This document shows positions 48,717-59,712 of a stretch of DNA of 64,000 nucleotides, piece after piece (position 1 is the stretch's first letter; every line of letters starts with the position of its first letter). The stretch comes from Rebecca billardiae RCC1528 (taxonomy: Eukaryota > Protista > Haptophyta), in NCBI GenBank assembly GCA_965240325.2, contig OZ251222.1, positions 3,596,001-3,660,000 of the forward strand, given 5' to 3'. Below the pieces are notes generated by a model. The model was given only the letters and a program-made list of their open reading frames with translations. It was not told where the DNA came from and made no database searches. The position numbers and the translations under genes are program-made.

Positions 48717-49756
48717 TCTGCGGCGTTGCGCCAGCTGGGTGCAGACAAACGCCTTCCGGTCTTTTCAGATCGGCGCTTTTCAAAAAGAAATGTTCCGCGC
48801 TGTCCAATGGCAAAGCGCGGCGGATGGCGGCTTCGCCGCCGCATGGGCGCGCGAGTCGCCATTGCCCGCAGAAAACGTGCGTCAGAGGCAAGGAAGCGGG
48901 CAGATGGCGCGTCGCACGCGTCGTGGAACTCGGTCGCGACGCTCGCCAGCCTCAGCGCGCGCGGCAAAGCCACGTCCATGGGCGCCCAGCGTGCAGGCGG
49001 CACGGCCACGCCGCTCGGCCGCGGCGACCGATCTCGCACGCGTCCTTGCGGCGCGAAAGGGCATCCCAGCTGCGGTCATTCGCCTTGTGCGTCGGGAGAC
49101 GTGTGCCAGCTAGCCAATGCGCACGCGCCGCGAGCTGCACGGCGTGCACACACGTCGCCCGCCGCGCGGCCGGGCGTGCGCCGAAAGCGGCACAGTGAGA
49201 GAGGGCCCCGATCCGAGTGCAGGTCTCGCCGGGGCCCTCCACAAGTCCAAGGATCCTGGGTCTTGGGTCCTTCGCGTTTGTCCAGCTGGCGCAACGCTCC
49301 GCGGCGAAGCCCAACCCACCGGCACCGGCACCGGCACCGATGCCCGTCGTCCTACCAGTACGCCGCCGCACCGGCAGGTACGTCTGCATGATTTTTTGAT
49401 TAATTCATGATTTGCCACCCGTCGGAACGGACAGACACTAAGCTACTGTGGCGGTGTCTATGTGAGTGCAGTGTCACGCCTTAACCACGTGTGCACGTTA
49501 AAGCAGAGTAAACTGTACAATGCTGTCAACACCATGCTAATATAATTGCGGTCGTCGCTCGGCGCGGCACAACGGTGGTCTCCCCATCAGGCTGGCAACC
49601 CGGACATGGTGGCTCGCAGTCACGACGGCGGCGAGTGCCTTTGCGAGGCGCCCTGAGGCCGAGAGCGGCGTTGAGGCCTAGCTGCTAGCAGTAGCACGAA
49701 TAACCCGCGGATGATGTCACCCAGCGACGGCCTCCCCTCGCGCGAGCTGGTGCACC

Positions 49757-51000
49757 CTACACCAGCTCCGTCTCGGCGAGACCGCTCCCGAGCTTCTGAA
49801 CCTCGCCATCGTGCGGCTGCGGGACGCCGGCGACCGGGCATGCCTCGACGCCGATCGTGGAGCGAGTGAGCGCCTCCACCTGCGCCTGCGCTTGCAGGGG
49901 CGCATTCACCCACGTCTTGTAAAAGTCGAACGGGCACTCTGCAACGCCCTTGTCGCCGTCGCCCGAGTTGAACACGCCCGTGTACCCGCGGTGCAGCAGC
50001 TTGAAGAGGTGGTTCTGTCACGGCGGGCGGCGCAACGGGCGGTGGCAGGCGCAAGCGTGTGGGTGCGCGGGCGCAGCGCGCGGGCGATGGGCGGCTCCAC
50101 GCAGCGCGGCGAAGGGCGCCCCGCGCCCAGCGCGGCGAAGGGCGCCCCGCGCCGAGCGCGGCGTGCGGCCACGCGCACCTGCGACTGGTCGTTCTTCCGC
50201 GCGTCGCGGATGGCGGAGACTGAGAGCTGCGCGTACTGCACGCCATCCGTCTCCTCGCCGCACTCGCCAAGCGTCCGGCCGTCATTGCCCACGATGGAAG
50301 AGCGCCCAAAGTAGCAGTAGACGCCGTCGTGGCCCGACGCGTTGGCCACGGCGACGTACACGTTGTTCATCCACGCCATGCACTTCGCCGCGAGCACCTG
50401 CTGCTCCTTCGCCGGGTACATGTAGCCCTGGCAGCGCACGATCAGCTCGGCGCCCTTCATCGCACAGTCCCGCCAGATCTCGGGATAGTTGCCGTCGTCG
50501 CAGATGATGAGAGACATCTTGATGCCCTTCGGGCCCGTCGAGACGTACGTGCATGAGCCCGGGTACCAGCCCTCGATGGGGCACCACGGCAGGATCTTGC
50601 GGTACTTCTGCACGATCTCGCCCTGGTCGTTGATCAGCACGAGCGTGTTGTACGGCGCCTTGTGCGGGTGCTGCTCGTGCCGCTCGCCCGTGAGCGAGAA
50701 GACGCCCCAGCAGCCGGCCTCCTTGCATGCCTTGCCAAAGGCATCCGTCTCGGGCCCCGGGCACGTCGTCGCGTTGGCGAACATCTCGTCCTTGTCGTAC
50801 ATGATGCCGTGCGTCGAGTACTCCGGGAAGACAATCAAATCCATGCCGGGGAGGCCCTGCTTCGTACCCTTGACGAGGGAGCAGATGCGCGCAACATTGG
50901 CCATGATCTCCTCGCGCGTGTGCAGCCGCGGCATCTTGTACTGGAAGACGCACACGCCCACGGTATCCGGAGAGGACGAGATGTCACCGTGGCGAGACAT
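49757..51000 (-). CDS. amiE: Aliphatic amidase (nitrilase superfamily), AmiE type
   Basis: [16 protein letters not shown]...YKMPRLH. Catalytic E-K-C in FPEYS / KYRKI / [22 protein letters not shown]. Intron 50015-50178 joins NDQSQ to NHLFK. Confidence 0.96.
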
Positions 51001-51335
51001 GATGAGGACGTCCGCGCTCCTGGCTGTGCTCCGACTCCGACTTCGCGTCCGATCAAGGTCCACCGATTCCCGCGCACACGCGCCCGTTCGCCTGTTCCTT
51101 TCCCCTCCCGACCGCCAGGGTAAGAAGGTAAAACTCTGATGTCGTCCAGGACGGTCTGAACCATGAAAGTGGTATTACCAAGTCTCTGAATGTGAGCGTG
51201 GACGCTCAGGCTCTCAGAACAATGGCGACGACGGGCACACTGACACCGGATCGGACGCGCAGGCCCCCAGCCGCACGTGCTGCATCGCGCATGGACAGCC
51301 GGCGGCGACGCCGCGCACGCCCTTCATTCAGTCCC

Positions 51336-53845
51336 TCACTTGAGGAAGCCGCTGGGCCGCATGCGAGACACGCCCGCCAGATCGCGTCGGCTCTCGTCCA
51401 GGTCGCGGTCGAGCTCGGCATACTTGGTCGTCGACTCCTCCGCCGCGGCCGCCGCGGGCAGGTAGAAGCCGACCGCAAAGCTGACCAGCTCCTGCTCGCG
51501 CTCCTCGAGAAGCTCAGCCGGGCCCTTCTCCTCGACCACCTGCGACGACTTGAGTGAGGACTTGCCCTTGGCGAGCTTGGCGCTCGACGGCGCGCGCTTC
51601 GCGCCGCCCGAGGGCTTGGCGCTGCCCGCCTTGCTGCCCGCCTTGGCGGCGGGCGCGGCCTTGCCCTTGGCGCTGGCGCTCTTGTCGCTCAGCCTGCTGC
51701 TGACGGACTTGCCAGAGTCGGGCCGGCTCTTGGTCGACTTGAACGAGTCGCCGCCCAGGCCGCCTTTCCTCGAGTTCTCGCGCATGAGGCCGATGCTGCC
51801 CATGCCGTCCACGCCGCCCTCGGCAAGCATGCCTCCTGTGGACATGAAGTCCTGCCGAATCACCAAGTCCTCCAGGTCCTGCAGCTCGTCGCGCAGCACG
51901 GAGAACTCCGCCTCGAAGCACGCGGCACGCGCCGCCTCGCTGCGCGCACGGGAGGGGGGGGGGCGCACGCGGCGTGGCGCAGCGCGGATCGATTGTGGGT
52001 GGCCGCGCGCACGGCGGCGCGCCGACCCTCGCCGGCGCGCGGGCGCGCGCGCGCGCGCGCGCGCGCATGCGCGCACGTTTGTGATCGCTTGCGCAGCGAG
52101 CCCAGCTCGCCCGAGCGCACGCGCAGCACGTCGCGCGCGCGCACTTTGAGCGCATCCACGCGCAGCTGCTCGCGGCACGCGGCCTGCTCGCGCGCGATCG
52201 CGGCCTGCTGCTCGTACAGCCACTCGACCGAGTTGGCGCCCGCGCGCATGCGCTGCGCGCGCAGGCTGTCCTGCCCGGACCTGTACCCGTCCGACCGGCG
52301 GGGCTGCGGCAGCAGCACGCCCGGCGGCGTGTAAGGCCGCCATGGCAGCCGGTCGCGCAGCGATTCAGGCGGGTTGGCCTTGCGCGACGCCGGCCCGTAC
52401 GTCGCGACGTTGAACGTGGGCAGGTCGCCCGCCACGTCGACGTGGCCGAAGGGCAGCGAGCTCAGCGCCGCTCGCATCTCCGCCCGCCTGCGGTGCGCCG
52501 CCGTGTCGGCGAGCAGCGAGGAGGAGGTCGAGGGCCGAGCACCCTGCGCGCCGGCCGCAGGCGGTGCAGGCGCAAGCTTTGCGCCCGCCGAGCCGACAGT
52601 GCCCGCGGTCGTCGGCCGCGCAGCCGGGGCCGAGCCGCCGGCGCGCCGTCTGTCGTGCGCCTCGTTCGGAGGCGTCTTTGGCCCCGCGTGCGGCGGGTGC
52701 GTGAGCACCAGCACATCGGCGGTGCGGCCGCCGTCCACGTGCTCGGTGCGCGCGATCGCGATCGGCTCAGATCGGTACAGCGCGGGCGTGGACCCGCGCG
52801 AGGAGGCGCGGCTGCGCGCGAACGGCCGGCCCGGGTTCGGGTTCCGCTCGACGAGCGGCGTGAACGCCTGCGCGCGAGGCGCGCGACGCCCGGCGTGGTG
52901 TCCGCTGCTCAGCTGACGGCCACACAGCGTGGGAGGGGCGGGCGCGCGGCGCGGTGCGGCGCGGTCGGCGCACGCGCACCTGGCCGTTCGGCGTGAGGAT
53001 ATTGCGCTTGAACGTGGGGAACGGACTGGCCTCGTCGTGCCCGGCTGGCAAGCTCGGTGGTGGCGCGTGCATCGTCGAGCGCCAGTGCGGCATGGGCGGC
53101 GTGCGCTTGATGACGCGCTCCGTGCGCTGCGGCAGCACCGCCGAGTGGAAGGTGGTGGTGCCGTGCTTGCCCCACTCCTCGTTCTCGAGGACGAAGCCGT
53201 CCTCGGCGTGGCCCGCGGCGCGCGCGGTGTCGGTCACGGCGAGCGCGTCCCGCGCCGCCTGCAGCTCCGTGGCGAACTGCGCGGCGAAGTGCTTCGTCTG
53301 CGCGGCCAGCTCCTGCGTGCGCGTGATCATGTCGATCCGCTCTTCGAGGCTCTCGATCGTTGCCTTGCGCGCGCGCACGCGCTCGGTGTGCTGCGCATAG
53401 TCCGCCTTGGCGGCCTCCGTCGCCGAGCGCTGCTGCTCCAATGCCCGTTCCTCCTCCTCGATCTCCGCCTTCGACTTCTTCTTGGGCGCCTTGGCGCCCT
53501 TCGCAGCCGGCTCGGGAGGCGGCGGGTTGGTCAGCAGCTCGAGGGCGGCGCGCTGCTCCTTGTACGCGTCCTCGGAGGCCTTCGCCGTCTGCCGATCCCG
53601 CAGGAGCTCGTCTCGCTCCTCGTCAAGCCGCGTCTCCAGCCTGCGCGGACCGCGCACGCACGCGCAGGCACACCGCGTGAGTCACGCGCGGCTGGCACGC
53701 AGCCGGCCTGTCGCGGATGCGCGCACCGCCTGATCTCTCGCGCGTCAGTCTCGCTGATCTCCGCCTTGGGCCCGGCTGGAGCCTTCCGGGTGTTGCGGAA
53801 GGCCGCCTTGCGCGAGTGCAGGATGCCCTGCACATCCGGCTGCAT
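51336..53845 (-). CDS. Multi-exon hypothetical protein with coiled-coil and Lys/Ser-rich regions
   Basis: GC3-biased exons (RLETRLDEERDELL..., ACFEAEFSVLRDELQDLEDL...) separated by (GC)n-rich GT-AG introns. No family recognised. Confidence 0.65.
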
Positions 53846-54176
53846 GGTGCCCGGCGCAGGCAGCCACGGCTACGACTGCCAGCTGCGCCTGCACGGCCAG
53901 CAGCACGGCCAGCCGCGTGCTGAGATCGCGTATCCGAAAACTGCTGACGCCCACCAAATAACATACGGAAACTGGAGCTCTCATATTCGTGATCGCGTAA
54001 CGACCAAATCGCCACCAGACCTGCCGGCGCGCACCGGCGCTCCCGAGCGACCGCGCTGGCTCCGGCTGGCTGGGAAATAACAGATGTACAGACGGGGGCC
54101 GCCATCGCGAGGACCGCGTGCATTCTTTTACGACAACACACACCAACGGCGGGCGAGCGCGCGGGCGCGCGCGGCC

Positions 54177-55028
54177 ATGCGGTGGCTACGCCTGCACAAC
54201 GTGCCGCTTCTGCGGCAGCTACGGCTCGAAGAGGCGCTCTATCGAGCGCGTGATCAAGGATCGTGGCTCGTCACGAACACCTTTGGGCCCGCGGGCTACG
54301 ACGACACGACCTCGTCCAACCAGACGCCGGCTGCCTCTGACCGGCACGTGCAGGCGATCGCCATGGGCATCAGCGGCAAGCCCGAGGAGCTCGTCAACGA
54401 GGAGCGCTTCCGGACGAGCCCGGTGCCGATCATTCGACGCTTCACGGGCGGTGGAACGGTCGTGATCGATTCCGGCTCGCTGCTCGTCTCACTCATCTCG
54501 AGCACGCGCGAGTTGCCGCACGTGCCGCCGTACCCAAATGAGCTCATGAGATGGACGGCGACCGATGTGTACGCGCCAATCCTCGGCCCGTATACGGCCG
54601 ACTCGTTCCAGCTGAACGAGCAGGACTACTGCCTGAGAGAGCGCAAGGTGGGCGGGAACGCGCAGGCCATCTCAGGCGGCCGCTGGGTCCACCACACCTC
54701 CTTCCTCTGGGACTTTGACGTGGAGCACTGCCTAGCCCTCCTCAGGCTGCCACGCCGACGGCCTGAGTACCGCGGCGAGCGCTCTCATGCTGACTTCCTT
54801 GTCGGGCTCAGCGCCGTGCTTCCAAATCGTGCTGCATTCTGGGAGCGCCTGGGGCCGGCCGTTGCGGCGGCGTTTCGGATGCCGAACGACAGCTTCGTGG
54901 AGGTGTTGAGCGCCTCGGGCAGCGATGATGCTGCACTCGCGATGCTCGAGCACAAGCTCGAGAGCGAGGCCGGCGACGCTACCGCAGTGCTCAAGACGAG
55001 GCCTGTCGATTGGCTGCTCCCAGAGTAG
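54177..55028 (+). CDS. Lipoate-protein ligase A-like (BPL/LplA/LipB family)
   Basis: QLRLEEALYR, IIRRFTGGGTVVID, RKVGGNAQ, WVHHTSFLWD. Confidence 0.9.
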   Translation: MRWLRLHNVPLLRQLRLEEALYRARDQGSWLVTNTFGPAGYDDTTSSNQTPAASDRHVQAIAMGISGKPEELVNEERFRTSPVPIIRRFTGGGTVVIDSGSLLVSLISSTRELPHVPPYPNELMRWTATDVYAPILGPYTADSFQLNEQDYCLRERKVGGNAQAISGGRWVHHTSFLWDFDVEHCLALLRLPRRRPEYRGERSHADFLVGLSAVLPNRAAFWERLGPAVAAAFRMPNDSFVEVLSASGSDDAALAMLEHKLESEAGDATAVLKTRPVDWLLPE

Positions 55029-55299
55029 AATCGGCGTGGCGTCCTAGAGCGGCATCCGCGGACAACGTCTTCATTCTTCAACTCGGATCAGAAGGTCACC
55101 CGACACCCCGTCACGCCCGGGGCCCGTGTCGGCTGTGAGTCCCAGCCACCAGCGGTCAGCGGACAGCGCGGCCTGGCGCGGCCCGTGACGGCCGTGGCAT
55201 GCCAATACATATTGTCATGCAAAGCAGTCGCGTAGTTAGTTATAATCCGGCGTACACTAGTAGGGATTCCGGCGCGTAGCCGTCCGTGGACGGTTGGGC

Positions 55300-56130
55300 C
55301 GCCGCAACTCTTTTAGTGCCCGGCCCCGAATATAAACTCTGCCCTGGCGGGCGGGGGGGTCGGCGGGCCGTGCCAGTGCTGTCGCAATGTATCCTCTGAG
55401 GGTTCGCGTCTTTCCACATTCGCTTGTGGCCGTGGGTGACGGACAGTCGAGTGCAAGGACCAGCAACGCGAGGCCGCCCACACCCACGAGGGAATGTCAG
55501 CACGCGGGGCGGGACGGGTAGCCCGTTGCTCCGCGCGAGCGCGGGTACGCGCTGTATGTGCCGCATGTCGACCGCGATGGCGTAATCGAGCGCCTCGCCG
55601 CCGCCGAAGCCGCCAGAGTAGATCATGTGCATGTCCTCCTGCCGCCAGCCGAGAGCGGTCGTCGCGAGGATGCTTGCCGATGTCCGCTCCAGGCACGATG
55701 GGCTCGGCGCAGGTCGCGTTGACGTCGTACACGGCCGCCACGCTGAGCACGAGCGCGTTGACGTTCACGCGGTCGTGCGCGCGCGCGCGCGCAGCGACAG
55801 CGTGTGCCACTCGCGATTGAGAGTAGGCAAGCGCTGCTCACGCGGGCACACGAATCGCAGCGCATCAGTCACCGGCGTGACGACTTCCGCCTCGTCCCGC
55901 AGCGCCTGCGCCATGGACGAGGATGACGCGGCGATGTTGCATGCTCGACGATTCATCTCTCTGCGGATGGCATCACGGGCTTGTCTGTGTCGCGCTGCGG
56001 CGAGGGTCGCCAACTCGCGAAGAGGCGGTTGCTGCCACGGCGACAGACCCGGGAGGTGCGTCCGCTGCGCGTCGTACGCCGTTAGCGCTGCGCTTCCGTC
56101 GCATTGGTCACCGTCGACGCCATGCGCCAT
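55300..56130 (-). CDS. Possible hypothetical protein or gene fragment
   Basis: Coding-like minus-strand segments in different frames (MAHGVDGDQ..., DRVNVNALVLSVAAVYD...). Gene structure unresolved. Confidence 0.25.
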
Positions 56131-56854
56131 GCAGGCCGGACGTGGGCTCGGCTGAGGGACCGGACCGCGAGCAATGACTGAGTCCGGTGCGCGGATTCCG
56201 GCGATCGAGTTCAGAAGGCCGCGCCAAATCTTGCGTCGCGTGCGATGGCGCTTCCCGCCCGCGAGACACCTCGTGATGAGGGCCTTTCCGCACCGAGCTC
56301 GACGCGCGACGGTGGATCGCGCGAGGTGGTTGTCGTGCGCAGCGCTTAATACTATGGCTCGTGCGAGCGCTCGACGTGCAAGTCGGGCGAGGACCGCCCC
56401 AGGTCGCACGATCGTGTCGACGCGCCGAGCGTGCCTCCAAACGCGTCGACTTTGGCCCCCGTTCGACCTGCACGCGAGACGACGAGGGCAGCAAACGCGA
56501 ATCGGGCGAAAACACGTCTCGGGAATCCCCGCGCGATGTCCGCGCCGGCGTTGGATTCGGCGCGCGCGGCCCACGCGCTCCGCGCCATCCAGGACTCTCT
56601 TTCGGCCGAGCGTCCCCAGTGGGAGCTGCGAGGGCGCCCGGTAGTGAGCGAAGCGACCCGGCAGTGAGCGAGGCGATTTTCTTTTCTTTGCGAGGCGATT
56701 TTCTTTTTTCCTTTTCTTTTTCTTATCTTTTTCCCGGGCACTACAAGGGGCGGACCTACGGCCCGCCATTATAATAATTTTCTGTAGCAATCAACAAGCA
56801 GCAACGATCGATCGTCAATTGTCAAGCACTCAGGCTCAAGCCGGCGTGACAATC

Positions 56855-58399
56855 ATGCCGCCAACGACGGGACGCCAGCGTGTGCACGAGCGCGGGGTGC
56901 TGATCACCAGCCTGCCGATCGAGGTGATCGAACGCATTCTCGCACATCTCCCGTTGCACTCACTCGCCGCCGCCAACGCCACCTCGCGCCTGTTCCGCGG
57001 CGCACCGGGCAGCCGCTCACCTGTGGAGAACGCGCTGCGCGAGCGAGCGTCGCGGCGCGGACACGTGAACGCGTTGCCTGTCACGCTGCCGCGTGACGTG
57101 TGCACGTGGACGGGCGAGCTCATTGCGCGCGAGCGTGTCGTCGAGCTCGCGCGTGCGCACGCGCACGTCGTCGCATGTGGAAGCGCGCAGCTCTTTCTGC
57201 TGAGCATGAGCGCGATGGTGAGCGCCGACGGCGGGCTGCACACGTGCGGCGAGGATGGCACGCCAGTGGACGACGACGATGACGACGATGGTGACGGCGT
57301 TGACGTGCAAACGTATCACGCCTGCGCGGCGCTGGGCCATGCTGACGCGCACGAAGCCCTTGTCCCGACGCGTGTCGCCTCGCTCGCTTCGGTGCGTGTG
57401 CGCGCCGTGTCTGCGGGCTACGACCACCTGCTCGCGCTGAGCGACATCGGCGCCGTGTACGCGTGCGGCCATAATGATAAAGGCCAGCTCGGACTCGGAG
57501 ACCGGGCGACGCGTCGCACGTTCGCGCAGGCGATGGCGCTCGCGCACGAGGTTGTCATCTGCATCACTGGCGGCAGCCGCTGCAGCTTTGCCCTCACCGT
57601 GGCAGGGCGGGCGTACAGCTGGGGCAACAACTTCAACGGCCAGCTCGGGCACGGCGACACTCAGGAGCGTTGGGAGCCGAGGTGCATCGAGGCGCTGGGC
57701 AGCGTGCGCGTCGCCGGCGCAAGCGTGGACATGTTCCATGTGCTCTTCCTCGCAGCCAGCGGCGCTGTGTACTCGTGCGGCCGGGGCGACTCCGGTCGGC
57801 TGGGGCACGGCGACGCGCAGCACCAGCGCGCGCCGAAGCGCATCGAGGCACTCGCGGGCGTGCGCGCGGTGCACGTGAGCGTGGGCCTCGCGCACAGCCT
57901 GGTGGTGGACAGCGCGGGCGGCGTGCACTCCTTCGGCCACGGCGGATCTGGCTGCCTGGGCCACGGCGGAGATGACGGCGGAGATGACGGCGTGATTCAT
58001 CTGGTGCCAAAGCGCATCAAGGCGCTGGCGAGTGTGCGCGCTGTGCGTGCCATCGCAAGCTCAAAGAGCAGCGCGGTGCTGGGCGCGGACGGCAGCGTGC
58101 ACGTCTTCGGGGCGAACAGGTGCGCCCAGCTCGGCATTCCACGCAGCCATGGACATTACGTCGAGCGGCCAACCTGCGTGGGCGCCCTCGGGGAGGCGCC
58201 TGTGGTGGACCGCGCGCTCGGCTGGAACCATGCGCTCTTTGTGACTGCAGACGGCCGCGTGCACTCGTGTGGGGAGCAGTCGGCCGCGCTCGGCCATGGC
58301 GTGGGGCGTGAGCCCAACGACCTGGGCGACGTGCTCAGGGCGAGCCTGACGCGTGTTGCTGCTGCGCCGCTCTTGCTCGGGCCGCAGCAGAATCAATAG
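56855..58399 (+). CDS. F-box plus RCC1-repeat (UVR8/HERC-like) protein, intronless
   Basis: F-box SLPIEVIERILAHL, and RCC1 repeats VSAGYDHLLAL...CGHNDKGQLGLGD and WGNNFNGQLGHGD. Confidence 0.9.
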   Translation: MPPTTGRQRVHERGVLITSLPIEVIERILAHLPLHSLAAANATSRLFRGAPGSRSPVENALRERASRRGHVNALPVTLPRDVCTWTGELIARERVVELARAHAHVVACGSAQLFLLSMSAMVSADGGLHTCGEDGTPVDDDDDDDGDGVDVQTYHACAALGHADAHEALVPTRVASLASVRVRAVSAGYDHLLALSDIGAVYACGHNDKGQLGLGDRATRRTFAQAMALAHEVVICITGGSRCSFALTVAGRAYSWGNNFNGQLGHGDTQERWEPRCIEALGSVRVAGASVDMFHVLFLAASGAVYSCGRGDSGRLGHGDAQHQRAPKRIEALAGVRAVHVSVGLAHSLVVDSAGGVHSFGHGGSGCLGHGGDDGGDDGVIHLVPKRIKALASVRAVRAIASSKSSAVLGADGSVHVFGANRCAQLGIPRSHGHYVERPTCVGALGEAPVVDRALGWNHALFVTADGRVHSCGEQSAALGHGVGREPNDLGDVLRASLTRVAAAPLLLGPQQNQ

Positions 58400-58420
58400 T
58401 ATCGCGTCGTCATCAATTAT

Positions 58421-59712
58421 GACCGCGTTCCGCGGTCCTTTTCTGCATAGAATCAACGCAGTTGGGGGCCCGCGGTGGCCGTGCAATCGCGGCTCTCCGC
58501 CGTAGTGGCAGTTCGCCAGTTGAAGTCGGTTCTGAGATGACTGAAGCTATATTAGTCCGACCGTCGCCCTGCCTGCGCGACCGCGAGACTCATTCACACT
58601 TCACACAATCACAGCAGCGGACCTGAGACCGCACCCGGCACCGGTCGTCAAATCGGACGTCCGTCTGACAACTAGCTGCCAAATGTCCAACTGGCTGATC
58701 AGCTCGGATCCGACCCGTCCGCGATCGTGCCATCGGCATCAGAATTACTACTAGTAGCTGCCAAACTGTGTCCAACTCTGGCTGATCAGCTCGGATCCGA
58801 CCCGTCCGCGATCGTGCCGAGTGAGTCGTGCCGCGGAGCTCGGAGTACTGAAGGAGTCGGGTGTGACAGCAGGGTGCTTTAGCGCTGCGGCCCGTGCCAG
58901 CCAACGACCAGACGTACTCTGGCCACTTGACCCGTTGCACGGGTGAGTGACCGTACGCCCTGCCTAGTGCCTACCGCGCGCGCCGCGCGACCGGCGACTC
59001 GGGGTGATGGAGAGCGGATGGCGACAGCAGCAGCAGTCCTCATGAAGACGATGAAACTGGCGGCACGGGTGCACGAGGTGGCAGGCGAAAGCGCGCCGAC
59101 GAGACCGCATTTGACACACCTGAGCCGCACGCGCGTGCCGTCGCCGAGCCGGCGGCGAGCGCTGCAAACGCGCAACCGTACCGCGCGCGCCACGACGGCG
59201 CGGCACTAGCTGATGCAGGCCGTACTGCCGGCACTGCTTCTGCGATCATGCGCCACGGTCGCAGCTGACTGCGTGAGCAGCAAGCGGGAGGCGGGTCCGG
59301 AGGCACGTGCAGGCGCCGTCCCGCATATCCGCCATCGCCCATCGTGCCGGGGCACGTCACCTCCGACGATCCGGATGTGGCCCAGTCCGGACGTCACGCG
59401 ATCCGGGAAGACGAGTACGATTCGCTCGTAACGAACCGTTACACTAATGTCACGTCCAGCTGACGTCCAGATCGCACTTTACTTAAGGGAATCAGCTGGG
59501 CGCGGTTTTTTTTGGCCTGATAGACCTCTCAATGCGATCTCAAAAACTCGAAACTCGGTCTCCGCCGACCGCCAGCCCTATAAAAATCGCCCCCCGTCCC
59601 TTTTTTCCGCCGCCCCCCGTCCCTTTTTTCTTGATCAAAGATCTTTTTGAAACGTGGTTCGGGCCCGCTGGTGCGGGCTCCACGCTGCGCGCTCCGCCCT
59701 GCACCGCGGGCC
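58421..59712 (-). mobile_element. 1.27-kb non-coding repeat, copy 2 (inverted relative to 30117-31383)
   Basis: Reverse complement of copy 1 with a few small indels. ATTAT on both sides (58416-58420 and 59713-59717). Confidence 0.85.

Noticed and set aside
34558-50178. Introner-type mobile introns
   Set aside because: Introns in different genes share only low-complexity GC ends, not extended homology. The identical introns in the giant gene come from module duplication.
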